The notes below the pieces were generated by a model that ran no database searches, was not told the DNA's origin, and saw only the letters and a list, made by a program, of their open reading frames with translations. A program made the position numbers and the translations under genes. This document shows, piece by piece, positions 26,725-38,514 of a stretch of DNA of 64,000 bases. Position 1 is the stretch's first letter; each line of letters begins with the position of its first letter. This DNA is from Toensbergia leucococca (Eukaryota), in assembly GCA_022813965.1 (NCBI GenBank), contig JALDZS010000021.1, forward strand, positions 124,001 to 188,000, written 5' to 3'.

Positions 26725-28893
26725 TCACCCCTCCCCCCAAACCTCAGCAACCTTTGCACTCAACGCCCTCCCCACCCTCCGCCTCCCCACCACCGCCTGC
26801 CCCAGCTTCCCAAACACCAACTCCCTCCTCTCCCTCTCCTCGCTACACGCCTCTAACGCCTCCACAAACGCCCTCGGCGTCCCCCACAGCTTCTGCACCT
26901 CGAGGGCCTTGTCGCCCGTGATGCCGCGGGTGCACATGAGCATTTTGAGGAAGATGTCGCGGAGGGTTAGGGAGTCGGATTTGGAGGAGAGGGAGGAGAA
27001 GGCTGGGTAGGTTATGTTGTGGGATTTTTGGGGGGCGTGGGTGCGGAGGTGGGCGAGGAGGGGGAGGTAGGTTTCTGGGGTTAGGTGGGCTGTGGGGATT
27101 ATGTGGAGGGGTTTGGCCTTTTTGGAGAAAGGGGTTAGCTGTGGGAGGGGGGTGTGTTTGGGTGGAAGGAGAACGGAACCTCGTAGATGCTTTTCAGCAT
27201 GGTGGTCATGCGGGCTAGATAACGGATCGTGTCGTCTAGCTTTTGGGTTTTCTTGACAAAGTAGCCGTTCACCACTTGGGTGGACGCTATAGCCGATTGC
27301 ATGGCTTCGTGGTATTTGGACGCGATTTCCTGGCTCATGGAGATTTCCTCGATGATGTAGACGACGTTCTTGACGCCTGATTTGCGCAGGCGAAATTTCT
27401 GCTCGTGGAACCGGCCGTCTTTGATGCTGCCGACCAGATCATCGAGTCTTTTCCGTTCAACGATCCAGTCCAAGACTACTTCATCGCCTTCCTCGCCGTA
27501 ACGAGCAAGGAGGTTAGGATCGTTGCATTTGGCGACCCAGAAGGCATCGCCGAGCTCGAGGGGCCGCACGATGGGTTTGACGCCCTTTTTGGTGAGCTCG
27601 TCTTGGATGTAGTCGCGGTCGTTTTTGGCGCGCACTTCTCTGTTGTCGAGGACCAGGCGTACGGTGAAGGTGCCTGGGGACAGGCGGATAGGCTGAAAGG
27701 ACGGGAAGACAGGTCTAGTGGTCCGAGATTCGGATTCTCGTTCCGCAAATGCGGCGATTCCGGCAGCGGCTTCTTTGTTAGGGAACTTCGCGGGTATTTC
27801 CGTTTCTCTAGTAGAGGAATGATGAGGTCGTGCAAAGCTTGGTGCGGGTTGTGGTGCGGGACTCGATTCAAGCTCTAGAAAGTCGAAGTCTGTGGTATTT
27901 TTATGCTTTCGTGGTGATGCGAACGTCCCGTACTTATCAATTGGAGCTTCTCCGAGCCTTTGACCCGATTTACTTGTCGTGGTGGTTGTCCTTTGCCCAC
28001 CGTTTTCAGCAGCTGGGGAGCGACCCTGGAGTGCAGTGGAGATTACCTCTTCAGGTTCATCGTCCAGATCCAGGAATTGATCAGAATTGCGCTTCTGTGG
28101 ACGTGCGTTCGCTAGGCTTTCTGCTTCCTTTGGCCGTTGTCCGTCATCTTCCAGTGTCTTTCTGACCCTCTTTGCGACTTCCCAGCCCTCTTCAGTCAAT
28201 ACATACTTCTTCAAAGGCCTCCCCTTTATGTATACTAGGTCCTTTGTTTCTAACGTCTTAATCGAGTTCCAGGCTGTGTAGAACTTTGTGGGGTCGCTTG
28301 GTGCAGTGAAAGAGGAATCACAATATCCCTCGGCCAAGCGTATTGCTTCATTCTTGGGGAGGCCCTGGTCCGAGCCTTCAGGGACGGACGAAAGAGCAAT
28401 AAGTAGAGCGTATGCGCCAGAGCGGAGAGTAGGCACGTATAGTTTTGCTTTTCGAGGTTTCTTCACTGGAGTCAGGCCGTCGGTGTCCTCGGCGATTTTA
28501 TCATCAATTGATCGCTTCCGTGCTACATAGTCTCAGCAAGCGTGCATGGATTTCGAGCCTAGTGCATATGGTATACCTTTGCGACGGATCTTGGGCATGG
28601 GCAACCCATTCTCGGCGCAATGCTGATTGAGCCTTTCTGTGAGACGGTCACAGAGCTTTGGTCCTAGGCCATGAAGCTGTTGAGCTTCAGATGGATGGTT
28701 GAAAGTCAGTGGGCAAGCTTTCATGGATTCGTAGGCCTTCTTATATCTACAGAGGCCGTAAGTATATACTCGATAACAATGATATTTTCGGATAGCCTTA
28801 CACAGTGGCACCCTTAGAGCTCCGCTCTTTGGCGACATCATACCATTCCTTGATCCACCCTAGAAGCAGAGGATTAGCGCTCTCATTCGGCAT
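26725..28893 (-). CDS. MUS81: Crossover junction endonuclease Mus81, multi-exon
   Basis: N-terminus MPNESANPLLLGWIKEW and YKKAYESMKACP...GLGPKLCDRL; winged-helix YVPTLRSGAYALL; ERCC4 nuclease LGD...IVERKRLDDLVGSIKDGRFHEQKFRL; C-terminal HhH MLMCTRGITGDKA. Confidence 0.95.
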
Positions 28894-29088
28894 GATATGG
28901 TGTACCCAAAGATCCAAAGCATCAAAGGCACCAAAACCGTGTCGCGATATCTAATTTCAGGCTCCAAAACGTTGTTCCGGAGCCGAGCGCCTTGCATTTT
29001 CACAGCGTCATCAACTTGGGATTCGCTTTACTCGTTATCAACACAATACCTGTCCAGCATCCTTTGAAAGTGCTGGGTTTCCAAGGCT

Positions 29089-31014
29089 ATGGAACCCTTT
29101 AATTCCTATTCGGAATTTTACACTGTGCTACGAGCTTCCTTGAAGGCTACAAGTGCCTCACAAATCAATGAATCCTTATCGATAGCGGCAACAGAGGACA
29201 GAGATACCCGCTTCAGAAGATTGATAGAGGGAATCTTATACTCCCGAAAATTTATTGTGAGCTACCAAGCCGTCATAGTCTGTATCCTGCTATCTGTCAC
29301 CCTCGTAAACTGGGGAAGCAATGCTCGGCGGTGGAAAGGGAGAAGGGTCTCTGCCCAGAGAAACATCCATCGACGTATTCATGTGGGAGGGGAAGCTCCA
29401 AACAAGATCGAAGAGAGTCTCGTTAATCATGATCATGGCCACGACCATAGTGGGTCCTCATCATCATGCAGTACCCTCGTAGGGGCTGAAGCTCGATACG
29501 ACGAGAGAAGTGTGTTACTGCAAAAATCTTCGGCATCCCCTTATCAGTCACTGTCTCCCAAAAGGGTTCGAGCATGGCTTGTTCATCAACCACCACCCAT
29601 ACCATGGGTCAACAAGACCATGCCTTCGAATGCTACAACCCTTTGCGTGCTTGCTTTACTCGGATTGAACATATTCTACACAGTTTACAACGTACCTTTC
29701 TCTATTTCTATGCTCTTCATATTCGCAGACAGAGCATCACTGGTCTTTGTTGCTAATCTACCCTGGCTATATCTGCTTGCTGCAAAGAATCAGCCCATCA
29801 AGATTTTGACAGGGTACTCGTACGAGTCTCTGAATATATTCCATCGCAGGCTTGGGGAGATCATGTGTCTCCTCGCTCTGTTGCACTCTGTTGGTCTGAT
29901 TGGTGTGTGGTACACTATTCTACGGCCTACAGGGGTCACCCTTCTCAAATTCCTGCTGAGCAAAATAATCCTATTGGGGATCGGGGCTTTTATTGCATAC
30001 GAAACCCTGTACCTTACATCCCTTGGAAGCTTCCGTCAAAGATGGTATGAGCTGTTCCTTGGATTACACATTCTCCTCCAAGTGCTTGGACTTGTCTTTG
30101 TGTGGTTTCATCACCACAGTAGTAGGGTGTATGTCGGCATTGCATTGGCCATCTTCTTGATCGATAGGCTTCTGTACCGCATGGTACTGAAGAATCGATC
30201 ATTCAGGGGTTCAATACAGGTCAAAGACGACAATGAAACTACTGTTCTAAGCACATTGGTGCCTCTACGAGAAAGAGGACGTGTTCTGAGTTATCTAACG
30301 GGATCCGGTATCACCTATGGGTGGAAGGCTACAGAGCATGTTTTCGTGACCATACCTTCGCTTTCAAGGAAACATATCATACAGGCACATCCTTTTACAA
30401 TCGCATCAAAGGCGCCTTCCATTGGTGACACTGAGGTCAGTCTAGAACTTATAATCAGAGCTCAAGATGGCTTTTCCGGCGATTTAGTAAAGTACGCCAA
30501 GATTCATGATTCCGCCGTCATCAGATTCGATGGACCTTATGGTTCGCAGTCTGCTGTCCAAATGCTTCAAGATAGCGATTCCTGCATCGTTGTCGCTGGA
30601 GGTAGCGGGATCGCAGTTGCTTGGCCCTTGGTCTGGTCGTTACTGCCTACACAGCACCATACGGACTTGGAACATTTTGGACGCAATGGACTTCCGAAGA
30701 AGATTTTACTTGTCTGGATTGTGCAGAGACGGTCCCATCTCACCTGGATAGACAAAGCCAAACTGAACGAGCTTCAAGCTAAGGTAGACGTCATAATACC
30801 AGAGCCTACGGTTGAGCATGGGCGCCCTGATGTTGAGAATATCATTCAGTCGTGGATTTCCAGCCACGATGGAGCTTCATCTGATGGTCGAGACAAGATT
30901 GGGATTGTGTGTTCGGGGCCAGATGGGATGAATAGGGCAGTCCGGAATACATGCTCTTCTCTGCTTCGGCAAGGAAGGGATGTGAGTGTCGAGGTTGAGA
31001 AATTCGGGTGGTGA
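29089..31014 (+). CDS. Ferric/cupric reductase-like transmembrane protein (FRE family)
   Basis: 641 aa; heme-ligand His motifs (FHRRLG, LLH, GLH, FHH), FAD motif HPFTIAS, DGPYG, NADPH motif AGGSGIA, CSGP, terminal EKFGW. Confidence 0.9.
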   Translation: MEPFNSYSEFYTVLRASLKATSASQINESLSIAATEDRDTRFRRLIEGILYSRKFIVSYQAVIVCILLSVTLVNWGSNARRWKGRRVSAQRNIHRRIHVGGEAPNKIEESLVNHDHGHDHSGSSSSCSTLVGAEARYDERSVLLQKSSASPYQSLSPKRVRAWLVHQPPPIPWVNKTMPSNATTLCVLALLGLNIFYTVYNVPFSISMLFIFADRASLVFVANLPWLYLLAAKNQPIKILTGYSYESLNIFHRRLGEIMCLLALLHSVGLIGVWYTILRPTGVTLLKFLLSKIILLGIGAFIAYETLYLTSLGSFRQRWYELFLGLHILLQVLGLVFVWFHHHSSRVYVGIALAIFLIDRLLYRMVLKNRSFRGSIQVKDDNETTVLSTLVPLRERGRVLSYLTGSGITYGWKATEHVFVTIPSLSRKHIIQAHPFTIASKAPSIGDTEVSLELIIRAQDGFSGDLVKYAKIHDSAVIRFDGPYGSQSAVQMLQDSDSCIVVAGGSGIAVAWPLVWSLLPTQHHTDLEHFGRNGLPKKILLVWIVQRRSHLTWIDKAKLNELQAKVDVIIPEPTVEHGRPDVENIIQSWISSHDGASSDGRDKIGIVCSGPDGMNRAVRNTCSSLLRQGRDVSVEVEKFGW

Positions 31015-32298
31015 TGCAGCGATATTATACTCTGGATATTTGACCTTTGCTCTAATGCTTGGTCTTCAGCCAAAGTACCATCTAAGGGCATTCTCTCGTT
31101 GCTTTGTGAGAGCAGGAGATTCTGCAATTTTGTCCGAAGATTTCGAAGGACTGTTCGCCTCTCGACTCTCTTTCTTTAATTATTGTATCCCTTTGAAAGA
31201 AATGCAAGCCATCACGCTCCACATCGGCAAAATCGGCGTCAGAAACTAGCCAAAGTTTCAGACATCCCTTCGAGACATCGGAGAAGTCAAGGCCTGCAGC
31301 AACAGTCCAATAGAATACGTTTCGTCTATACCAGCGATAGGGCGTACCCTGAAGAACGAACAAGACAGTACCACAAACGATCTAAAGGGGAAGTTCGAAT
31401 GACTTGGAGCCAAAACAGAAAATGCACGAATTCTTACCTTGGCTGTAATGCACCGTCGTCTTTTCTGGGAAAGGAGGAATGCAGACGATGGGTAGTATTC
31501 CTGGTCAAAGGCGCAGAAAGGACTTTCATTTGGGTATCCTGCGGAAATGATTTGGATGGGAATAGACACAGAAGAAGTCATCAGAGTCTCGGGGAGTTGG
31601 TCACGCGTGTCATTAGAGCGGTCTTATGCCACTACTCAATAGATTATCGCCATCAGCAGGATTCGATGTATCTATGTTTGCCTTTCGTAGGCTCAGGCTC
31701 TCTATACGTAGGCATCATTCGTGTTAATCATCCACGCACCTATTTTGCCAGTGACTTCGCTCGTTGCAAAATAGTAGTCACTTCAAGAGGAAAACCTGCT
31801 ACACTTTCTCGTGCCTCGAGGGGAATTGAGGATGGTTTGAATTCCTTGCTGCCATTTTACAAAGGCCATGCAGCCATTCCGAAATGAAAATCGTATAGAC
31901 AGCTTGCAAGTGTTCTCACTCATCGTGAGAGAGGATAGAATGCCAGTTTCATTCCAAGAAATTCTCCTGATGCTCCGATTTCCATTCATTTGGCTTTCCC
32001 TCGTTGCTATCTCATCCGGCATGACATTCATTCTAGCTTTTGGATACTTTTCTTTTTGGATAGACGTCTGAAACATCAGTTCGGGTATTCTAAATAGATT
32101 CTGCAATGGCACAATGGTTCTCTTTATGCTTGCAAGATTTAGTGTTGAGTTATTCTACAAGTCGGTTGCTGGGCCAACGCTCAGGGCAAATCAAACTTCT
32201 CCAAGCACCCACCCACCATCGTCATCGTCCTGCCGAATAAGTTCAAGAACTGGACAGAATAATTCCAGTACCGAAGAGCAACACACTGTTCGTTAATC

Positions 32299-34989
32299 AT
32301 GGAGGCTCCCCCCAAACCATCATCAGCTCAGCGCTTTCAAGTATACCTACGCCTACGTCCTGCGCCGTCCCCTTTGGTCCAACTGACACAACAATCATTG
32401 TATCCTCTACTTACCCCACCTGAGCGCTATCTTACAGTAGAACCTCCGTTACAAGATGTTTCAGACGGTTTTTCCACCCATATCACAATACATCCGCCGA
32501 CCGATTCAAGAAAACGTGCTATTGAGAAGTTTGCTTTCACCAAGGTTTTCGAAGAGGAAGCTACCCAGCTGGATATTTTCAAAGGCATAAACACCGTGGC
32601 CCTTGTCGAAGGCGTACTGAAAGAAGGAAGAGATGGGCTACTTGCGACTCTTGGAGTAACAGGCTCTGGGAAGGTTCACATGCACGATTCTGTCTTTGGT
32701 AAAATAGAACAGTGTCATTGACGTACAATTAGAGTCACACTATCCTAGGATCAAAGACGCAGCGTGGGATCACTCAGCTGTCTCTTGACCTCCTCTATCG
32801 ATCACTCGATCATCATGTTCTACATCCCTCAAGTAGCCCGTCCTTGATTTCGTCTTTGAGCGCAGCCGATGCTTCCGAATCCCAAATCCTTTCAGCTTCG
32901 GATTTCCATGATGGAATGTATGGGGATGCCCTCCAGGAGAGGAGCAGGAACAATTCGCGCGCCCCGACGCCGTTGATGGTAGGCAGAGACTCTACTTTAT
33001 CCACTCAATTTACTCCCTCTACTGGTCTTTATCGCCAATGGTCTATCTTGGGTCTCAGTACCGGGGCCTCGCCCCGAGGAACAGCTTGTTCAAGTATAAG
33101 ACTCGTTGCTCCCATAGTAACCCCAGTTGCTGGTCACAACGCTCCACAAAAAGACCCACTTCCATCCCGTCTCCCTCTTTGGAATACCCCAAGGTTGACC
33201 AGAAAACAAGCTAAGTTGCGATTCGACAATGTTTTACAGGAACCGTATATCACACCAAGCGGACCCAAACGTAGCCTTCCACAACGATCATCTACATTAC
33301 CCCAGTTTCCCGATATCAGTGATATGTCTGTACCAAGTAGTGCGAATACAGAATATACCATTCTAGTATCCATGTATGAAGTTTACAACGATCGAATTTT
33401 TGATCTACTATCCCATCCTCGAAATTTGAAAGACCTTCGTCGAAGACCTCTTCTGTTCAAACCAACCGAAGCTTCACCGGATCGGAAGGTGGTTGCGGGA
33501 CTTCGCAAGATTGTGTGTGGAAGCTATGAAGAAGCGATGATGGTCTTGGACACGGGCTTAAACGAACGAAGAGTTGCTGGCACAGGGAGCAATAGCGTCA
33601 GTTCAAGAAGCCATGGATTCTTCTGCGTCGAGGTAAAAAGACGTCCTAGGGGAGGTATGTCGAGCGCCTGGAACGGAGCGCAGCTTACCATTGTTGACCT
33701 GGCTGGTGTGTAATTTTATCGAGTGTATTTCACAAGGTATGAGGTTAATCTCGAACAGGCTCGGAACGGGCAAGAAATGCAAAGACAGCAGGAGCTACAT
33801 TAGCAGAAGCCGGTAAGATTAATGAGAGCTTAATGTACTTGGGTCAGTGTCTGCAGATGCAGAGTGATTGCCAGGATGGAATAAAGGTGAGCTTTGATTA
33901 CACGATGTTTATATGAGTGCTTTCTAACTTGGAAGTAGCCTTCCATTGTTCCCTTTCGTCAATGCAAGTTGACCGAATTACTTTTCTCCAATTCGTTTCC
34001 TTCATCATCCCATCACTCCACGCCACATCAAACAAATCATCACCGGAATGCCCAAAAAGCAATCATGATTGTCACAGCAGATCCTCTTGGGGACTTTAAT
34101 GCTACCTCTCAAATACTTCGCTATTCGGCTTTGGCCCGCGAAGTAACAGTTCCTCGAATCCCGTCCGTCACCAGCACTATTTTTTCAAGCACACATACAC
34201 AAGGTGGATCTTACAAGTCACACCCAACGAGTGGTCGGACGACACCCACAACAGTCGGTATAGAGGAGCTAGAAATTGCAGCGGCGGAAATTGCGAGGCT
34301 GGAAGAGGAAGTGGAGATCCTTGGTGTTCGACTAAACGAGGAAAACGGACGTAGGACCGAAGCTGAAGAAGGATGGCAAAGAGCGGAAGAGAAAGCTGAG
34401 GAAATGGAGAGAAATGTTAGGGAGGAGTGCTGGAGGGAGATGGAGATTAGAATTGAGGAGGATCGGAGAAGATGGATGGGTGCTTGGAGCGAAGAGGTAA
34501 ATCCTACAAGAGCTTACGAGTTTCGACGCGTGGACACGTATTGATCCAAGGACACAGGCTGATCGCAACGATGAGCATTTGGACCGTAAGTTGGAGATTT
34601 TAGCGAGAGGGATTCAAAGTAAGAAAGGCCTGAATCATAGGTATGGGCGTAATCACTAATGGTTGACAGTCCACGAAGACCCGGAGGAAGGCTCAAATAA
34701 GCATACGGCAGAAGTTGAAGCTGAAAATACAGCTTTACGGCTCAAAGTGGAGAAGTTGGAACGCGAACTCCAAGTTCGGTCTCCGACAAAGCAGCAGAAG
34801 AGACTCGATTCCAATCCTCTGCTTGGAGGAAGTGGTAATTTCGAGTCTCCATCTGGGGCCATGGCGACAGGGCTGTTCAAGGTCAACGTAGGAAGTGGGG
34901 TAAAGACTCCGGGAAAGAAGGTTCGGAAGCTAACAACGCGGAAGTGGGATTTAGGGGATGAGAATGAATTAGATATGTTTGGAGAGTGA
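32299..34989 (+). CDS. Kinesin motor protein, kinesin-6 (Klp9/MKLP-like), multi-exon
   Basis: VYLRLRP, P-loop GVTGSGK, YEVYNDRIFDLL, switch I NSVSSRSH, switch II IVDLAG|SER, INESLMYLGQCL, VPFRQCKLTELL, long insertion in the motor domain, coiled-coil tail. Confidence 0.9.
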
Positions 34990-35946
34990 AGAGGGCTGTG
35001 GGTTGTGCGCCCTCGATTTCAAGAGATGTTTATTTCTGGCACAGGATTGTGGATGCTGGTAAAGCGGTCATTGCAAGCGTCATAGACGCTGGCAAGACGA
35101 AGATTTGGAATTCTTCGGAATCTCTTTTGGCTTTGGCAGAGTGACGGTGACATTTCGAGGCGTTTACAAGAACGAATTCACTGGTGTGACATTAGGTATG
35201 ACCGACGTCGGTCTGTCACGGTTCAATGGCGTTGTTTTGACGGGACAGATAGGTGCATGTTGTTTCCTTTGGACAGGCAATGGAAACAAGGCAGATGATG
35301 CATAGCTAACAACTCGTGTGATTATGCAACTTGAACTCTGGAGTATATTCATTAATAAAAAAAAGTAGGTGAGGAAGCTAACAATGTTCAGCAGAGCATT
35401 TCAACGATGCTTATCCACACCATCTGGAGAAGTTTGATAAGCGGTAGAGCGTCAAGATTGCACCTGTCTCTCGCCCTCATTCTAATTAAGTGGTAACACA
35501 GTGATCAAAGTCGAGGAGTCAGGAGTCGGTAGCCTCAGCCCTTCAGGGGCACTGGATAATCGTTGATCCGTATCCAGCCATGCAGAACTCAGAACTCACC
35601 CCTCGACCTTCTAACCTTGATGCTCGTGCTTCTCTTGTCCTGTCTATCTATGATCAATTAACCAATGCTCGGTTGATCTTCATCATAGTGGAAAAAGGAA
35701 AAGATTCGACTGTTATCATGGCTCAAATCAGGGAAGCCGACCTTTTTTAGCTGAGGGAAGACTCGATGAGTATACCGCTCCCCTCAATCGACAGACTCGA
35801 CTTTCTCTCGAGATCTTCAAAGAAGAGGACCATCAACCCCTCTTGGCTGTCGTAGCAGGTGAGATTTGTGTCAGAGCAGCCGGCTTTGATTTCTGAGCAG
35901 CCATATATATCAATGACATGCACCTGGCGTCGTGCAGCCCACCCAC

Positions 35947-36097
35947 TCGGGATCCGAGGCTGTCATCGACTTCCGAAGTCCTCGTCTCTACCAACAATTG
36001 GAAGAACAACAGCCCTGACTTCTAACTTCTGACTTCTGACTTCGGAGTTTTTCGCTTTTCGTTTTTCGTGCTGATGCCACCTCTACTCGGAGCCCGA
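35947..36097. promoter_or_regulatory. Three AflR-type TCG(N5)CGA sites upstream of oxaloacetate hydrolase
   Basis: TCGGGATCCGA 35947-35957, TCGACTTCCGA 35966-35976, TCGGAGCCCGA 36087-36097. Confidence 0.65.
36015..36042. repeat. 7-bp tandem repeat (CTGACTT)x4, one variant unit
   Basis: ctgactt ctaactt ctgactt ctgactt between the TCGN5CGA sites. Confidence 0.85.
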
Positions 36098-36261
36098 TTC
36101 CCTTCCTACCAAATTCACAGGAGCATGTCTATTCACCTCGATACATCGTCGTGCCACTTCACCCTTCCTCCATCTTCATCCTGTCTTAAAGTCTCACTCG
36201 CTCACTTTTACCGCTCTCTTTACATCTCTTCTTGGTTCCTTTTCTTTTGAGCATAGTCATC

Positions 36262-37527
36262 ATGATTGCAGCGAATGATAGCCAGCCCATAGAGCTTTCA
36301 TATGACTTTGGCCTCTGGCGTCCGGAGTCACTCGATCTAGAGAGCACGTCCACGACCAAAACAATCTCCCAGCAACAGGAACGCGAGATTACATTCTCAT
36401 CTCCTCAGGATATCACGCCTCCTAACGAGAATGAGGATGAATCATCTTTTGATCAAAAACGTCCTGACCAGATCACCCCTACTGGTGAATTGACGCCGCC
36501 TATTGAAATCGAAACTCTTGCCAAACACGCCCTTCCTATTGAGCTCACACCTTCGTATGACATGAAAACTTCCAACGCCGTCGAACTCTCCACTTCCACA
36601 TATGTTACCCATGAAATCCCCATGTGCGATGCCCATGCCCCGGCCACGACAAGACTTCGCCACATGATCAAGCACCACCCCCGCATAATCGTCTGCCCAG
36701 GCGTTTACGACGGCCTCTCTGCCCGCATCGCCCTCAAAGTCGGCTTCGATAGCCTCTACATGACAGGCGCAGGTACTACTGCCTCCCGCCTTGGTGCCGC
36801 TGACCTTGGCATCGCCCATCTCCACGACATGCGCACCAATGCCGAAATGATCGCCAATCTCCAACCAGATGGTCCCCCCCTGATCGCTGACATGGACACC
36901 GGATACGGCGGACCCATTGTCATCGACCGAGCAGTCCAGCAGTACCACCTCGCCGGCGTCGCCGGCTTCCACATCGAAGATCAAGTGCTGCAAAAGCGCT
37001 GCGGCCACCTCAAAGGAAAGGAGGTCGTGGACACTGACACGTACATTTCGCGCATCAAAACATGCAAAGCCACCGCCGCCCGCCTCCGCTCCGATATCGT
37101 CATCGTTGCCCGCACCGATGCCCTCCAATCCCGTGGCTACGACGATTGCATCGACCGCCTCCGCCGCGCCCGCGACGCCGGCGCCGACATGGGCCTTCTC
37201 GAAGCCGTCGCCAGCAAAGAACAAGCCCGTCAGGCCGTGCTCGACCTTGCCCCGTGGCCGCTGTGCCTCAACTCGGTGGAGAATGGCGTCAGCCCGCTAA
37301 TTACAGTGGCCGAGGCGCAGGATATGGGCTTTCGGGTTGTCATCTTTTCGTTTGCGGGGTTGGCGCCGGCGTACAAGGCTATTCTGGAGACTTTTGAGCT
37401 GTTGAAGGTGCGCGGGGTGACGGGGAGTGGGATCAGTCCCAAGACTATATTTGAGGTGTGCGGGCTTGCGGAGTCGATGGTTGTGGACGAGGGGGTTGGT
37501 GGGGGGGCTTTTGTCAAGGGAGTCTGA
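36262..37527 (+). CDS. oahA: Oxaloacetate acetylhydrolase (ICL/PEP-mutase superfamily)
   Basis: PGVYDGLSARIA, YMTGAGT, DMDTGYGGP, HIEDQ, KRCGH, ARTDA; IFSFA carries the Ser that distinguishes OAH from 2,3-dimethylmalate lyase (IFPFA); long low-complexity N-terminal extension. Confidence 0.82.
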   Translation: MIAANDSQPIELSYDFGLWRPESLDLESTSTTKTISQQQEREITFSSPQDITPPNENEDESSFDQKRPDQITPTGELTPPIEIETLAKHALPIELTPSYDMKTSNAVELSTSTYVTHEIPMCDAHAPATTRLRHMIKHHPRIIVCPGVYDGLSARIALKVGFDSLYMTGAGTTASRLGAADLGIAHLHDMRTNAEMIANLQPDGPPLIADMDTGYGGPIVIDRAVQQYHLAGVAGFHIEDQVLQKRCGHLKGKEVVDTDTYISRIKTCKATAARLRSDIVIVARTDALQSRGYDDCIDRLRRARDAGADMGLLEAVASKEQARQAVLDLAPWPLCLNSVENGVSPLITVAEAQDMGFRVVIFSFAGLAPAYKAILETFELLKVRGVTGSGISPKTIFEVCGLAESMVVDEGVGGGAFVKGV

Positions 37528-38514
37528 ATTGTGGGCGTGGTGCTAAGGATTTGTTCCTTTTGTGAAACTCTTTTTTCTTCATTCTTTGCCCACTTTGCCC
37601 CTTTTTCTTGTGGTTTGTTATTTTATTTTTTTGGTAGAAAGTCCATGTGCTGGTTCTTTTAAATGATTTGTACATAGAAAGGGAGGCGCGGGATAAATTA
37701 GAAGAGGGGGGGTTGGAGAGCATTTCATAGATATTTCAGCTGTTGTTTTCTTCTTTTTTTCCTTAATCAGGGTTTGTTGTTTTTTTTTGACGCAATTTCC
37801 CTCACACACATTGTGTACAGTAAGTGAGGATACATACATGGAAAAAAACTTTTTGAAACAAAAATAAGATAAAAAATATTATTTAATATATTCCTGGGGG
37901 GGGGGGGGTTGAGGGTTGTTGATCTTTTTTTACTCCATTTGTTTTTATATATATTTTCAAGATAGGTTCATCAAGAAAAACACACAGCTTTCTCATTCCC
38001 AAACACAGTTACAAAAACAACAACAAGTTCAAGTGCATCAAAACAACAGAACAGAATGAGTTTGTGCATGCTTGTAAAAGAGAGTCTAGATGATAATCCA
38101 CATTGACAAAAAAACTGACCCGATCAATGAACCGACTTGCCAAAAATCTCTGAACGCAGGAAACTTTTTTTTTGGGGGGAGGAGGGAGGAAAATCGAAGC
38201 TACCCAAACCCCCCCCCGCGGCCATTAAACTCATTTCTCAATGCCCAAGTATATAGGTACAACCCCTGGACTTCGCATCTAGCAACATCAGCCACCCACC
38301 CCCCGCCCCAAAAAAACTCACACCCCCCTTCCAGAAAATCAGACAATCTACCTCCCATTTTCCCCCCCTTTTCCATTTGTGGGTTCATAACAAACCAAAG
38401 TTTGAATCAAGGGACCAAACCAGCGAAGCTAAAATAATACAATCCCGCGATCAAGATCTTTGCGATCCCCGCCCCCTTTCCCAAAAACCCAGCTTTGCAT
38501 TGAGAAAAAAAAGC

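Noticed and set aside
31183..31887. 234-aa plus-strand ORF
   Set aside because: Starts at a non-ATG codon, composition is not protein-like, no recognisable domain
36442..37224. 260-aa minus-strand ORF
   Set aside because: Antisense shadow of the GC-rich OAH coding region with no independent motifs
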